DNA of 58,980 nt from the IMG/VR virus record IMGVR_UViG_3300020347_000005, positions 1 through 58,980 of that record. One strand, 5' to 3'. The notes below the pieces were generated by a model that was not told where the DNA came from, searched no databases, and saw only the letters and a list, made by a program, of their open reading frames with translations. Position 1 is the stretch's first letter; each line of letters opens with the position of its first letter. This stretch comes from a virus (Duplodnaviria; Caudoviricetes). Shown here piece by piece: positions 1 to 10,438 of this stretch. The position numbers and the translations under genes are program-made.

Positions 1-1
1 G

Positions 2-2116
2 GGAGGTATTACAGAAAATTTAGTTTATTCTGCCGAAGCATATACTGCCGGAGAAAAAACTTTCCAGGCAAATATAGCATCTAACAATTCAGCTACTGCT
101 ACTGCAATAATACAAACAACAGGAACATCTCCGTATGCAACTCCTGCTGGAAAAGAAGATACAATAGTACTTTTTAATTTTGGGGCAACATCAACCGATG
201 CGCCAGATACGGAAGCATTTACTTCTACTGCAGAGTTCACATCTTATGCGACATCTATTAAACCAAATGTTTCGTTTATGAGTTGTTCAAAAACAGCCGG
301 AAATACTACACTTGCACTTGTAAAAGCAGTTAATGTATTATTTGATAGAGTAGAAATTCTAATTCATCCAAAAGACGAAGCCGGAAATGAAATATTTTTC
401 GATTCCTCAGGTCTAAGTGGTTCCACTAATGAAGCAGTAATAGGTAATCCAAATATTGGAATTCTTGCATTAGATACTTCAACAACTATTGATAGTTATA
501 TCATTACAAAAACTAATGAAGCCGGAGAAGATTATCTTGCCGGTACAATTTCAAGTGGTGATGATGTAATAACTTCTACTGGTCCTACGGTTTTTGATAC
601 ATTTAGTATAGTATCTGATGTTGCCAATGGAAGTACTGGTGATGCATTAGATACTGCATTAAGTTCAGATGTTCTTTCACATCAAATATCTTTTTATAGA
701 TTAACACCAACAACTATTAATGCATCCGAAGCTAGTTTGACAATTAAATCAAAAACGGGCGCAATTAATAAGTCATTTAGTGGTGTAACTAAAATTAACG
801 ACTATGAATTTTCATATGCCGTTGGTGGAGCTAGTACTTACGGTGTAGGTGATATTACTCCGGACGATTTCTTAGTAAGAGGATTTACTGTTGGTTCAAC
901 TAAAACTAAAGTTGACCCTAGAACAGGAAACACTAGATTTACTAGAATATTGTCTGTAAAAGAAAATACAACTACTAATGTTGTAACGGTTAAAACACTT
1001 GACCCTATATATTTCGGTACAACTAATGATACTGTTGAAAGATATAAGTCAGTTGCAAACTTTGTAACAAATTATAATGTACAAGGATTAGACGGATTTA
1101 CAATGAGAGCAGAACAAATTCCTGATGGAACTCCGGGTAGACAAAATGACATCTTAAAAGTTTTAACTGATACAGGATTATATGGTGCCCTTTCTGATAA
1201 AGAAGCAATTACATTTAGATATATTGTTGATACATTTGATGGTTTAGTTGAACCTAATTCTAAAAATGTTTTATCAGCATTGTGTAAAAATAGACAATTT
1301 GCATTTGCAATTTTGAATGCTCCTTCTGTTAAAGAACTTGATGATTCTACGAATCCTTTGTTCAAACTTAACAGTAGAGCTGATTATGACCCAAGATATG
1401 TTGGTACCGGTGGTAACCAAGCATTGAACCCAAGTAACACATTCTCGTTACCAAGTTTAAATCAAGGTTCTAACTACTGTGGTTTCTATCATCCGTACTT
1501 AGTATTGAGAGAAGGACCAAGTACTAAATTAGTTCCACCAGCTGCATATATATCTAATAACTTTATGGCAAAATATAGAAGTGATAAACCTTACTCTATA
1601 ATTGCAGGACCAAGAAGAGGTGTAGTATCTGGAAACAATGTTGTAGGTGTTGAATACATTTATGATAGAGCTGGTTTAGATTCTCTTGAACCATTCGGAT
1701 TAAATGTTATTGTGCCAAACAGAGGTTTCGGAAACGTAATCAATGCTAACCAAACAGCACAACAAAACATAAAATCTGCATTGTCAAGTATTCACGTAAG
1801 AGAATTATTGATATACATTGAAGAAACTGTTGAGCAAATTCTTAAAAGTTATAGATGGGAATTCAATACTGTTCAAAATAGATTAGAAATTAAAACTTTA
1901 GTTGATGGTTTCCTAAGTCAAATATTGAACGATGGTGGTCTTTTCGATTATCAAACTATTATGAATACCGTAAATAATACACCAGAGGTTATTGATAATG
2001 ATATGGGTATTATTGATATTGCATTGGAACCGGTTAGAGGTTTAGGTAAACTTGTACAAAGAGTTACTATACTTAAAACAGGAGCAATTGCATTGGGAGA
2101 ATTTTCAGTAGCATAA
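2..2116 (+). CDS. gp18: Tail sheath protein (5'-truncated by window edge)
   Basis: Frame is open from position 2, upstream of the ORF-track Met at 278. The C-terminal half has sheath motifs (VPPAAYISN, IAGPRRGVV, SIHVRELLIYIEE, WEFNTVQNR, NNTPEVIDN). Followed by the tube gene. Confidence 0.93.
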   Translation, partial: GGITENLVYSAEAYTAGEKTFQANIASNNSATATAIIQTTGTSPYATPAGKEDTIVLFNFGATSTDAPDTEAFTSTAEFTSYATSIKPNVSFMSCSKTAGNTTLALVKAVNVLFDRVEILIHPKDEAGNEIFFDSSGLSGSTNEAVIGNPNIGILALDTSTTIDSYIITKTNEAGEDYLAGTISSGDDVITSTGPTVFDTFSIVSDVANGSTGDALDTALSSDVLSHQISFYRLTPTTINASEASLTIKSKTGAINKSFSGVTKINDYEFSYAVGGASTYGVGDITPDDFLVRGFTVGSTKTKVDPRTGNTRFTRILSVKENTTTNVVTVKTLDPIYFGTTNDTVERYKSVANFVTNYNVQGLDGFTMRAEQIPDGTPGRQNDILKVLTDTGLYGALSDKEAITFRYIVDTFDGLVEPNSKNVLSALCKNRQFAFAILNAPSVKELDDSTNPLFKLNSRADYDPRYVGTGGNQALNPSNTFSLPSLNQGSNYCGFYHPYLVLREGPSTKLVPPAAYISNNFMAKYRSDKPYSIIAGPRRGVVSGNNVVGVEYIYDRAGLDSLEPFGLNVIVPNRGFGNVINANQTAQQNIKSALSSIHVRELLIYIEETVEQILKSYRWEFNTVQNRLEIKTLVDGFLSQILNDGGLFDYQTIMNTVNNTPEVIDNDMGIIDIALEPVRGLGKLVQRVTILKTGAIALGEFSVA

Positions 2117-2122
2117 AAAATG

Positions 2123-2130
2123 ATTAAATA
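2123..2130 (+). promoter_or_regulatory. Putative late promoter ATTAAATA upstream of tail tube gene
   Basis: The same octamer recurs upstream of many structural genes and resembles the T4 late -10 TATAAATA. Confidence 0.6.
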
Positions 2131-2194
2131 AGATATAGAGAACTTAAAAGTGTTCTCTGTATCTTTAATTAAAAGATAAAAAAAATTATAGAAT

Positions 2195-2752
2195 ATGGCA
2201 AGTTTACCACACTACAAAAATTCAAAGGCATCCGTAAACAAATGGGAATTTGTTGCCGGTAACTTATTTGAAGTTACGATATTACCACCACCAGGTGTAG
2301 GTGGAGGTGAATTGTTATTAGAACATGTTAGAACTATCGGTGGTCTTACAACAGAAATGGGACAAGAAGTAGTTGAACAAGAATTTAAAACATCAAAACG
2401 TTCTTTTTTAAGTACAGTTCCTACAAATACGGTTGTTGATTTAGCAATTGCATTTTCATTGAACTTAAACGATGACAATGAAATGTATGTTTATAAAACT
2501 CTTAGAGATTGGAAAAGATTAGGTTATAATCCTTTGACTGGGGAAATGGGTCTTAAAAAAGACTATACTGACCAAGCAAAAATTATAGTTACTATGTACA
2601 ATAGAGTAGGTGATATTCATTGGCAAAGAACTTTCCATGACTGTTTCATAAATGGTGATTTACCTGAATTGGCATTAGATTATGCATCTGGTGACCCATT
2701 AGAAATGGAAGTTACTTTTAGAAGTGATTATTTCACAGAACAACAAGTATAG
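2195..2752 (+). CDS. gp19: Tail tube protein
   Basis: 185 aa directly after sheath; NLFEVTI, YKTLRDW...GLKKDY, LALDYASGD..EVTFRSDY pattern typical of T4-like tube proteins. Confidence 0.88.
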   Translation: MASLPHYKNSKASVNKWEFVAGNLFEVTILPPPGVGGGELLLEHVRTIGGLTTEMGQEVVEQEFKTSKRSFLSTVPTNTVVDLAIAFSLNLNDDNEMYVYKTLRDWKRLGYNPLTGEMGLKKDYTDQAKIIVTMYNRVGDIHWQRTFHDCFINGDLPELALDYASGDPLEMEVTFRSDYFTEQQV

Positions 2753-2767
2753 TAAAATAAATTAAAA

Positions 2768-2802
2768 AGAAAAGGGAACTAAATTAATAGTTCCCTTTTT
2801 TT
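2768..2802. terminator. Bidirectional intrinsic terminator
   Basis: AAAAGGGAACTA-loop-TAGTTCCCTTTTTT between convergent gp19 and phoH. Confidence 0.85.
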
Positions 2803-2824
2803 GTTTAAGGTATATAAAATATTT

Positions 2825-3625
2825 CTATGCAACTCTTTTACCGTTGGATTCTAACTCATCGTAACGGTCTTCTATCTTATTTATGATGTCTGCTCTACTT
2901 TGGTCTTCTTTAGTCATTTTAACTACGTGAAACCCCTCTATGTCTTGAAAATTTTCAATTAAAAATTCTAATCCTGAAGTTTGTCCTGATGAACTATCTT
3001 TTTGTTGGGTATCTCCTAAGATAATCAATTTACAATTTTGTCCTATTCTAGACAATACGGTTCTTAAAATAGCATTATTTATATTTTGTGCTTCATCTAA
3101 GATTATAACACAATTATTCAATCCTATACCTCGTATATAAGCAAGTGGTAAAAATTCAATGACTTGTGTTTGTCTTGCCATTTCATAAGTACCTGGATTA
3201 ATTATTTGTTTAAAGTTGAAATCAAACGAAAATAAAAAGGGTGCAATTTTATCTTCCATTGTACCTTTTAGAAATCCAATATCTTCCGATTTATTATCTA
3301 AGGTCTTTACGGATTTACATAAATATATTTTATCGTATGAACCGTTTTTAAATGCTTTTAGTGCTCCTTGAATTGCTGAATAAGTTTTTCCTGTTCCTGG
3401 TTTACCATGTACAATAGTAATAGTAGTATTTTTGTTACTAATAGATTTTACTATTTCACTTTGATTTTTTGTTTTGCATTTAAACTTAGATACTGCAATA
3501 TTGTTTTTAAAGGTTTTGATACCACTATCTTTATTTTCTTTTTCCATAGGTTTTGATTTAGTCTTCGCATTAGAATATTCTAAGAGAATTTCTGTATCTT
3601 CTTCGCTGAAATTCTTTGTTTTCAT
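2825..3625 (-). CDS. phoH: PhoH-family ATPase
   Basis: GKPGTGKT Walker A, IGFLKG, PLAYIRG, ILDEAQN, LSRIG, GDTQQKD. Confidence 0.95.
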   Translation of the reverse strand: MKTKNFSEEDTEILLEYSNAKTKSKPMEKENKDSGIKTFKNNIAVSKFKCKTKNQSEIVKSISNKNTTITIVHGKPGTGKTYSAIQGALKAFKNGSYDKIYLCKSVKTLDNKSEDIGFLKGTMEDKIAPFLFSFDFNFKQIINPGTYEMARQTQVIEFLPLAYIRGIGLNNCVIILDEAQNINNAILRTVLSRIGQNCKLIILGDTQQKDSSSGQTSGLEFLIENFQDIEGFHVVKMTKEDQSRADIINKIEDRYDELESNGKRVA

Positions 3626-3657
3626 AACATAAAAAATTATCTTCTATGATATTTAAC

Positions 3658-6324
3658 TTACTTGAAAAGACTATCATTTGTAGCAGTAACATCAATACCT
3701 CCACGAAGAACTGTTGTAATTTCTTCAAGTTCTTCCAATAGTGGTGTTAAGTCCACAGGTGTTCCACCTTCTGATGCGACAGTAGGTGCAACATTTGAAT
3801 CGACACTACTTTGCCCTCCTTCTCCAATTGCAATTACTAATTTTTCTATGGCTTGAAGAAATCTTCCTCCTCCTCGGTCTATAGCCTCTGCAAAATTGGC
3901 CATATTATGTGTTAGTGAAACCAACTTATTCAATCTTCCAAATTCTAATCCATTAACAGACTCTTTTATGTCAATAAACAATTTACTAAAATCTTTAGGG
4001 TTTTTTATAGTATTAAGTTTTGAAACACTTGTGGCATAAGTGGTAAACAACTCAATAACATCTTCAGCCCTATCTATACTGTTACTAGATACATCGTCCA
4101 TTTGTTTATCACCAATATGACTAATCAATGTACCAATTGTTGCTGAAAGATTTGCGTCTATTTTTTCCTTCGAAAAATTAGCTTTACCAAAAGTTTCTGC
4201 TGCTTTTGCTAACGATTCTAGTGGCCCTCCTAATCCCCCTAACATCTTGATTCCGTCTTCATAATCAGAACTTCTCCACCAATCTCCACCTTGTTTTCCT
4301 AAATTAGTTATTGGCACTGTTAGTGCTTCAATCATTATTTTTAAGTTATCACCAATGTCTTGTGCAAAGGTAGGATTTAATTTTTCGTATCTTACAACTT
4401 TAGTAGCGTTTTTAGTCCCGGCCTCTCCAAATATAGGAATCTTAAAATCTGCCCAAGCTTGAACTCCAGAAGCAAAATCTGCCAATGCGTTTCCTAATTC
4501 TCCTAATAAATCAACACCTTTTCCGATGTTACTTTGACGCCAATAGCTGGCACCTTTTCCTAATTCTGCTAACACAGAATCCTCACCTACTAATGGGGTA
4601 ACTAAAGCTTTGATAGAAAGACCTATTTGTTGTGGATTAATTTTTTCTCCGGTATCTTTAGTAGTTATTTCACCAGTAACAGGGTCTTGTTCCATTTTTA
4701 CTATTTTCAATTTAGCAAATGCACCTATACCGGCTGCAAAACTACCTAAACTATTTCCAAGTTGTCCAAGTAATTCGATACCCTTAGCAACTGGGTCACC
4801 CCTCCACCATCTATCTGCACCTGCTCCTAATCTTGCTAATATAGCATCTTTATCTATTAATGGCATTACCAACGATTTGATTGTTAAACTTACTTGTTCA
4901 CCTAAATTTGAATCAAACATTTTGTATCCAACTATTTCTGTACCTTCATATATTGGTGCTTTACCGGCTGCAAAATCTCCAAGACCTTCTGCTAGATTAG
5001 TTAACGAATTTCCGATTTTACCTAACAATCTAGCACCTCTTTGTATTTTTCGCATTTCCTTAAAACTTAGGTCTTTGAATACTTTCTTGAAAGATGTAAT
5101 TAGATTTTCAATCGTATCACCGAATAAATCATTTTTATCGGAACTCCATTCAGCATCACTGAAATCTTTTAATGCTGATGCTATTAACGATACTGAAATA
5201 GAAACCGGCAACATTACTGCCGCACCGGCACCAATAAATAATGCACCAAGCCCTGCTGCTGCATATTCAACTCCAATCATTAAAATTGTAGCACCTAATA
5301 CACCAACATCTTCTAGTTTAACGTCTGCCTTAGACCAAACAGCCATTGCAGCTGCAATAATAAGTACAGACACTCCCGCTACAATCATTGCAGCACCACC
5401 CAATGCTATAAAACCTGGGATTGGTCCCGCACCGGCAATTGCCATAGCAATCGCCAATCCTACAATTGTTAATCCTAATAAACCTACGTCTTCAATATCA
5501 ATGTCTGACATTGCAAATATAGAAACCGCAAAAGACAATACCAACACTGCAATTGAGGCAACTAACATTGCCAATGCCCCCATAACTATATCACCTTTTA
5601 TTTTTCCTACAAGGAATAATCCAAAAGCAAGTACTACTATCGAAAGGGTAACAATTCCAAATGCTTTTAACATTTCCATTCCACCTCCCATATAAGCAAG
5701 AGTGAATGCTATTACTAAAGCAAGAATACCGATTGATATTGCCATAAACATCAAAGTTTTAATACCACTTCTGATTCCTTTATCGTTTCTACTTACTAAG
5801 TCAAAAAATAAAAATATTAAGAAAAGTAAAGGTATGGTTATAATTAGACCTATTGCCAACAATGGGCCGGCAAGAGCAATAAATACGGCAAATAATAATA
5901 TTTTCTTACCAATATCAAATATTTTTATGAATGCATCGAATTTTTCAGTATCCATACTATTGATAGTTTCTATTAATAATTTCATTGATTCTGCCAATCC
6001 TCTAATAGCTCCTGATAATATTGATATGTGTTTTGGTGCTCTTTTTTTAAGCAGTTTTGCCATTCCGGCAAATGCGGCAAGTGCTCCACCACCAAATTTT
6101 TTAGGTGACTCTTCTTTCTTTGGTTTTCCTTTCAATCCTTTAAGTAAAATAGAAACCATAGATTCTAACAACTTAGTTTGCTTTGATAATTCTTTACCTA
6201 TTTGGTCAGATAAAAGAGTATTAGTTTTCTTAATACCGGTAAGAATTGCTACGTTTTGATTTGCATTGACATTGGCCAATGTTTCTATATTCTTTAATAT
6301 TCCAGCAACTAAGTTTTCACCCAT
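3658..6324 (-). CDS. Tape-measure-like / baseplate hub (gp29-like) protein with hydrophobic helices
   Basis: 888 aa, Ala/Gly/Leu-rich helical protein with a long hydrophobic block (about aa 140-385) and three W-R-containing quasi-repeats; next to gp51- and gp26-like genes. Confidence 0.65.
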   Translation of the reverse strand: MGENLVAGILKNIETLANVNANQNVAILTGIKKTNTLLSDQIGKELSKQTKLLESMVSILLKGLKGKPKKEESPKKFGGGALAAFAGMAKLLKKRAPKHISILSGAIRGLAESMKLLIETINSMDTEKFDAFIKIFDIGKKILLFAVFIALAGPLLAIGLIITIPLLFLIFLFFDLVSRNDKGIRSGIKTLMFMAISIGILALVIAFTLAYMGGGMEMLKAFGIVTLSIVVLAFGLFLVGKIKGDIVMGALAMLVASIAVLVLSFAVSIFAMSDIDIEDVGLLGLTIVGLAIAMAIAGAGPIPGFIALGGAAMIVAGVSVLIIAAAMAVWSKADVKLEDVGVLGATILMIGVEYAAAGLGALFIGAGAAVMLPVSISVSLIASALKDFSDAEWSSDKNDLFGDTIENLITSFKKVFKDLSFKEMRKIQRGARLLGKIGNSLTNLAEGLGDFAAGKAPIYEGTEIVGYKMFDSNLGEQVSLTIKSLVMPLIDKDAILARLGAGADRWWRGDPVAKGIELLGQLGNSLGSFAAGIGAFAKLKIVKMEQDPVTGEITTKDTGEKINPQQIGLSIKALVTPLVGEDSVLAELGKGASYWRQSNIGKGVDLLGELGNALADFASGVQAWADFKIPIFGEAGTKNATKVVRYEKLNPTFAQDIGDNLKIMIEALTVPITNLGKQGGDWWRSSDYEDGIKMLGGLGGPLESLAKAAETFGKANFSKEKIDANLSATIGTLISHIGDKQMDDVSSNSIDRAEDVIELFTTYATSVSKLNTIKNPKDFSKLFIDIKESVNGLEFGRLNKLVSLTHNMANFAEAIDRGGGRFLQAIEKLVIAIGEGGQSSVDSNVAPTVASEGGTPVDLTPLLEELEEITTVLRGGIDVTATNDSLFK

Positions 6325-6341
6325 TTCTAAATTAATATATT

Positions 6342-6671
6342 TTATAACTTGGGCATTTTGAAATTACCCATTTTGGGCATCTTATTCCCACCAAATCCTT
6401 TAGTATATTTACTTGCATCGGATTTCATTTTGTCCATTTGTTCATTTGCTTCATTTCGTGAACTGGATTTGTCACCATTTTGTTCTTTTAACATATCAAC
6501 AAGGTCTTTTAACATCCATTGATATTCGTAATAACAAAGAACATCTATTTCAGATGGTTGTATATGCAAGTGATGTTGAACATATACCCTATTTTTATAA
6601 AATGACCGTAAATCAACTTTCATTGACTTAAAGATATCTTTCATCTTTAACCTAACAGTTGGTGTTCTCAT
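6342..6671 (-). CDS. Baseplate hub assembly chaperone, gp51-like
   Basis: LRSFYKNRVYVQHHLHIQPSEIDVLCYYEYQWMLKDL resembles the gp51 pattern (YY..F.L..HH..S..E.E.M.PWE); position between gp26-like and TMP-like genes. Confidence 0.55.
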   Translation of the reverse strand: MRTPTVRLKMKDIFKSMKVDLRSFYKNRVYVQHHLHIQPSEIDVLCYYEYQWMLKDLVDMLKEQNGDKSSSRNEANEQMDKMKSDASKYTKGFGGNKMPKMGNFKMPKL

Positions 6672-6689
6672 ATACTAAGTTTAGTAATA

Positions 6690-6729
6690 TATTTAATCAT
6701 AAAAAAGACTACCAAAAATGATAGTCTTT
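6690..6729 (-). terminator. Terminator hairpin (6701-6729) immediately followed by late promoter ATTAAATA (6690-6697)
   Basis: Minus strand AAAGACTATCA-TTTT-TGGTAGTCTTTTTT then ATGATTAAATA. Confidence 0.7.
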
Positions 6730-6756
6730 ATTAATTTATTTTAATACTTTCATATC

Positions 6757-7272
6757 CTAATCTGGATTTTTCCAATCTTTATAGAAGTTTGCAAATGCTT
6801 GTCCTTCGGCACTTGCTTGTGCTTCAATCATACCTAATAGTTGATTTAATTGTTTTGTTGTAATTTGTATTCCTTTATTTTCTGTTCCAAAGTAATCAGC
6901 ACTACCAGAAAGCCCACCTGGTGTTTCGTTTCTTAGTCTACCATTAAATGCTTCATCATTAATTTTATTACCTCTTATTGCTCTGAATCCATATAGATAA
7001 AGTTTACCGTCTTTTGCAAATAGTTCTACTAATTTTTGACTACCATCTCTATCATCAGGTGATGAACCATAAGTAAAGATAGAAACTCTAGATGGATATA
7101 CTTTACCGAACATAGTTTTTTCTTCTTCATAATCATCTACAATACCTTTTTTGGTTTTACTTTGTAGTGCATCTCTAAGTGTTTCAGTAGATTCCAAATC
7201 TTTTTTACTAAGATTACCAACTTTAGTACCATAGTTCTTTGCTTCGTTTAAAAATTCGTTTAAGTGTTTCAT
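6757..7272 (-). CDS. Hypothetical protein with capsid-targeting-like leader (putative internal head protein)
   Basis: Starts MKHLNEFLNEAK. Confidence 0.7.
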   Translation of the reverse strand: MKHLNEFLNEAKNYGTKVGNLSKKDLESTETLRDALQSKTKKGIVDDYEEEKTMFGKVYPSRVSIFTYGSSPDDRDGSQKLVELFAKDGKLYLYGFRAIRGNKINDEAFNGRLRNETPGGLSGSADYFGTENKGIQITTKQLNQLLGMIEAQASAEGQAFANFYKDWKNPD

Positions 7273-7286
7273 AATTTTATCTAATT

Positions 7287-8243
7287 TTATCTAAGCCAAC
7301 GAACATAATCTTCAAGTGCATATTCTTTTGCAATAACATCTCCTTTCATTTTATTCCAAAGGTCAGTTGCAAATTTAATATAAACTTCAGCATCATTTTC
7401 ATATCTATCAATCGGTTCAACATATCCTTTGTCTCCTTTAATAACATCTAATACTCGTTCGTTATAAACTTGTCTAATTTCGTTTGTTATATCTCTCTTT
7501 TCATCAGCCCATGTAGGAAACAATTTAATTGCTTTCTTGAATTTAGTATCCCAATACTTTTCTGATTTTTCAGCTTCTCCTGTGTATTGATTTATTTCAT
7601 TCAAACTACCTAGTATATGTTTTATTACTTTGTCATCACTTGACCAATTGTACCATTGAGCTCTACCGAGTGATGTTTTTATCTTGTAAGTAGAATCTTG
7701 TATATTTATTCCTGAAACTACTTTATTTTTACTGTTTACAATGTTCTTATGATACCACAGTCCTTTTGAAGGAACTAAGTCTAATTTAACTTTGTTCAAT
7801 GCTTTTTTGAATTTATCTGTATCTATTTCAGAATTACTAGAACCACCAAATGAAGTTGCATAACTTTGCATTTCATCTAATACAGAAGTAACTGGTTTTT
7901 TGGCTTCATTCATTCCGGACATACTTAGTACCGCCTTTTTCTTTTTAGTCATCACCTTTATTAATTCATCAAGAACTTTACCACCTTTGTCATCGGTTGC
8001 TCTATGTGGTCTACCTACAAAGTCTTGACCGATTCCTTCTAATTTACCAGAGCGATTAAAAGTTATATTACCTTTAGGTGTTTTCAATTGAAAATCTCCC
8101 ATACCTAAATGTACTAATTCAGAATCCGGAAGGCATCCTTTACTGTAATTTACAAAATTACTATCAACAATAGTTTGATTTCCTACTCTTTCGTAGTGTC
8201 CTACATCCTTTGCTTCGTTTAAAAATTCGTTTAATGCTTTCAT
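7287..8243 (-). CDS. Hypothetical protein with capsid-targeting-like leader and internal xNE sites
   Basis: Starts MKALNEFLNEAK; internal GMNE-AKK and SLNE-IN. Confidence 0.7.
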   Translation of the reverse strand: MKALNEFLNEAKDVGHYERVGNQTIVDSNFVNYSKGCLPDSELVHLGMGDFQLKTPKGNITFNRSGKLEGIGQDFVGRPHRATDDKGGKVLDELIKVMTKKKKAVLSMSGMNEAKKPVTSVLDEMQSYATSFGGSSNSEIDTDKFKKALNKVKLDLVPSKGLWYHKNIVNSKNKVVSGINIQDSTYKIKTSLGRAQWYNWSSDDKVIKHILGSLNEINQYTGEAEKSEKYWDTKFKKAIKLFPTWADEKRDITNEIRQVYNERVLDVIKGDKGYVEPIDRYENDAEVYIKFATDLWNKMKGDVIAKEYALEDYVRWLR

Positions 8244-8253
8244 ACTGTATCTA

Positions 8254-8670
8254 TTATTTTAATATTGTATATATTTTCTTTGCTGTATCGTTACCTTCAT
8301 TGTAAAAAGTAAATCCATATACGAAATTAGAACGCTGTGCTGCCTTGTTTGACCAATCTTGTGATTTAGAACTATCGGCATTTGATTGTATCCCTTCCGG
8401 ATAGAAAGTTGATGCAATAAATCCATGTTTCTTAGCAAAACTTTTAGCAACCTTTTGTAATTTTTTGATATCAATATCATCATCCATCAACCAAAAAGTA
8501 ATTCCTATACTTCCATTTGGATGTCCAATTGGCCAACCTGATGCAGAAACTGCCAATTGATTATCGTATAGATGTTCTTCTATTCCAGTCTTTCTGAATG
8601 CATTTTTTAATTCACCTACATAATTTTTGTAAGTTTCTTCTTCGTTTAAGAATTCGTTTAATGATTTCAT
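8254..8670 (-). CDS. Hypothetical protein with capsid-targeting-like leader
   Basis: Start reassigned to 8670 (MKSLNEFLNEEE); the ORF-track start at 8712 lies inside a terminator/promoter. Confidence 0.7.
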   Translation of the reverse strand: MKSLNEFLNEEETYKNYVGELKNAFRKTGIEEHLYDNQLAVSASGWPIGHPNGSIGITFWLMDDDIDIKKLQKVAKSFAKKHGFIASTFYPEGIQSNADSSKSQDWSNKAAQRSNFVYGFTFYNEGNDTAKKIYTILK

Positions 8671-8690
8671 ATTGTATCTATTTCTTTTCT

Positions 8691-8729
8691 TATTTAACCA
8701 AAAAAAAGGCAACCAAAACGGTTGCCTTG
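8691..8729 (-). terminator. Terminator (8700-8729) followed by late promoter GTTAAATA (8691-8698)
   Basis: Minus strand AAGGCAACC-loop-GGTTGCCTTTTTTTT then GGTTAAATA. Confidence 0.7.
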
Positions 8730-8745
8730 TGGTATTCTTTTTACT

Positions 8746-9771
8746 CTACATTAATTCATCATCTAAGATACCTTCTTCTATGAATAAACCTTTGATTCCA
8801 GTAGGTAATTCTATATTGGCTTCTATTGGGTCACCGCATTTAGTACAAGGTTTCAGCATTTTTTCTTTTACTGAAACTGCAGCTAATTCAACTAACTTGG
8901 TAAAAGTTAAAAATTTCTTTTCATTCCATCGTATGAATTCCATTCTGTAATTGCTCATATCATCAAGTGAAAATCCTCTCCATTCTTCTACCATATAAGG
9001 TACAGTCTTTAAGAAAGGTAAGTACTCTTTAATATTTTCATTTTTTTCTTGTAAAGATTTGATGTATTTGTTTATTACTCTCATAATACCGATGGTAGGA
9101 GGTTTCATATTAATGATACCATAAGTCTTAGTTTCAACATCAAAACGTCTGGTTTCTTCTGAATAGTATTTGGCAATCTTTTCATTGAGCGCTCTCTTTT
9201 GAAAGTTTTCGTTGATAATTTCCATATCATTTTCTGTATTGCAAGATTCACATTTAACTTTAAAAGAAATTTTATTTTCTCCTTCTGCAAATGTAAGCTG
9301 TCTGATACTTAAAATAAGATTTAAACGGTCTTCTTCTAAAATATCTTTCCAAGAACCAACTTTAGTAGGAAATGAAACACGTACACAATTACTAAGTAAA
9401 TCTACTAATGCTTCATCAACTTCATATGGATTTTCTTCATCAAGTGCTGAAAAAGTTCTAATATCTTTTACCGTTGCTGACTTGATTCTTACTTTAGTTC
9501 CTCTAGGATAAAATCTACCTTTAGATGGAAACTCTGTAACATCTACTGAAAAGAATCCATGTTTTAATTCTGTTTGTTCAACAGAATCTTTAGTATAATC
9601 TGTTCTTTCTACTTTACCTAATGATTTTATTTTAGGTTCTTCTTTAGGTGCTTCGTTTATAGCATTTTCTAAATCATCTAAACCTTGTTTTTCCGCTGAA
9701 CTTTTTTTAGGTTCATTATCTAGTCCACGCAAAGCTCTTTCTTCTGGTGTTAAATCGTTGTTATCGCTCAT
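8746..9771 (-). CDS. Baseplate hub subunit, gp26-like
   Basis: FPSKGRFYP..VRIKSATVKD, EEDRLNLILSIRQLTF, CESC, MKPPTIG, C-terminal CTKC..PTGIKGLF. Confidence 0.7.
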   Translation of the reverse strand: MSDNNDLTPEERALRGLDNEPKKSSAEKQGLDDLENAINEAPKEEPKIKSLGKVERTDYTKDSVEQTELKHGFFSVDVTEFPSKGRFYPRGTKVRIKSATVKDIRTFSALDEENPYEVDEALVDLLSNCVRVSFPTKVGSWKDILEEDRLNLILSIRQLTFAEGENKISFKVKCESCNTENDMEIINENFQKRALNEKIAKYYSEETRRFDVETKTYGIINMKPPTIGIMRVINKYIKSLQEKNENIKEYLPFLKTVPYMVEEWRGFSLDDMSNYRMEFIRWNEKKFLTFTKLVELAAVSVKEKMLKPCTKCGDPIEANIELPTGIKGLFIEEGILDDELM

Positions 9772-9800
9772 ATTATAAAATTTAATGTATTTTATTTAAT

Positions 9801-10151
9801 CTATATATTAAAGTCTGTTTTAGTTACATTTAACATTTCTCCTGTACCTAAAACCTTTAAAGAATATATATTTCTTTCAGTATCTATATTGACAATTTTA
9901 CCAAATCGTTTACGACCTCTTATGTAACATATCATACCCTTTATTATTTTTGTATCATCAGAAACTAATTCCATATTTTCATCAAGTTCTACTAAATACT
10001 CTAAAAAAGAATTTTGTGTTTGAAGTATACTGATTAATGTTTTTAAAGATTCTTTTACAAAATCATTATCAATATCTTTATCCGTGCAATTTTCTAAGTT
10101 CTTTAGTAACTTTTTAGTAGTATCGAAATATGTTATCTTTTTCTTTTCCAT
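9801..10151 (-). CDS. Hypothetical protein
   Basis: 116-aa ORF coupled to the upstream gene (shared base 10151); possible SH3/KOW-like C-terminus. Confidence 0.6.
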   Translation of the reverse strand: MEKKKITYFDTTKKLLKNLENCTDKDIDNDFVKESLKTLISILQTQNSFLEYLVELDENMELVSDDTKIIKGMICYIRGRKRFGKIVNIDTERNIYSLKVLGTGEMLNVTKTDFNI

Positions 10152-10438
10152 TAGTAAAATGTCATGGTAAGACAGTCGTCTTCTATTGTTAATGTATTTA
10201 ATGATTTTTCAAAACCGTTTATCTTTACATCCAGGTCTTTGACACCACTATTTCTACCATAAATAGGAAATTCACTCTTAATTAATTCTATTTTATTATC
10301 ACCAAAAGTAAAAATTAAAATGTCATCAGATTTTGATACTTCCTTTTCCATTTCTACTATTTCGTTGTTGAAGTTCCCTCTCAGTGGATTCAACATTATT
10401 TGACATTCTTTTAAGGTCAATATTTCCTGTGTTTCCAT
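10151..10438 (-). CDS. Hypothetical protein (start uncertain)
   Basis: ORF in the operon; overlaps the upstream glycosyltransferase, so the true start may be an internal Met. Confidence 0.5.
   Translation of the reverse strand: METQEILTLKECQIMLNPLRGNFNNEIVEMEKEVSKSDDILIFTFGDNKIELIKSEFPIYGRNSGVKDLDVKINGFEKSLNTLTIEDDCLTMTFY

Noticed and set aside
25-240. 71-aa minus-strand ORF
   Set aside because: Lies opposite the open sheath frame that runs from position 2.
4610-6259. Long plus-strand ORFs (361 and 185 aa) opposite the tape-measure-like gene
   Set aside because: Antisense shadows of a hydrophobic Ala/Gly-rich gene; no motifs or expression signals. The same applies to the other short antisense ORFs in the track.
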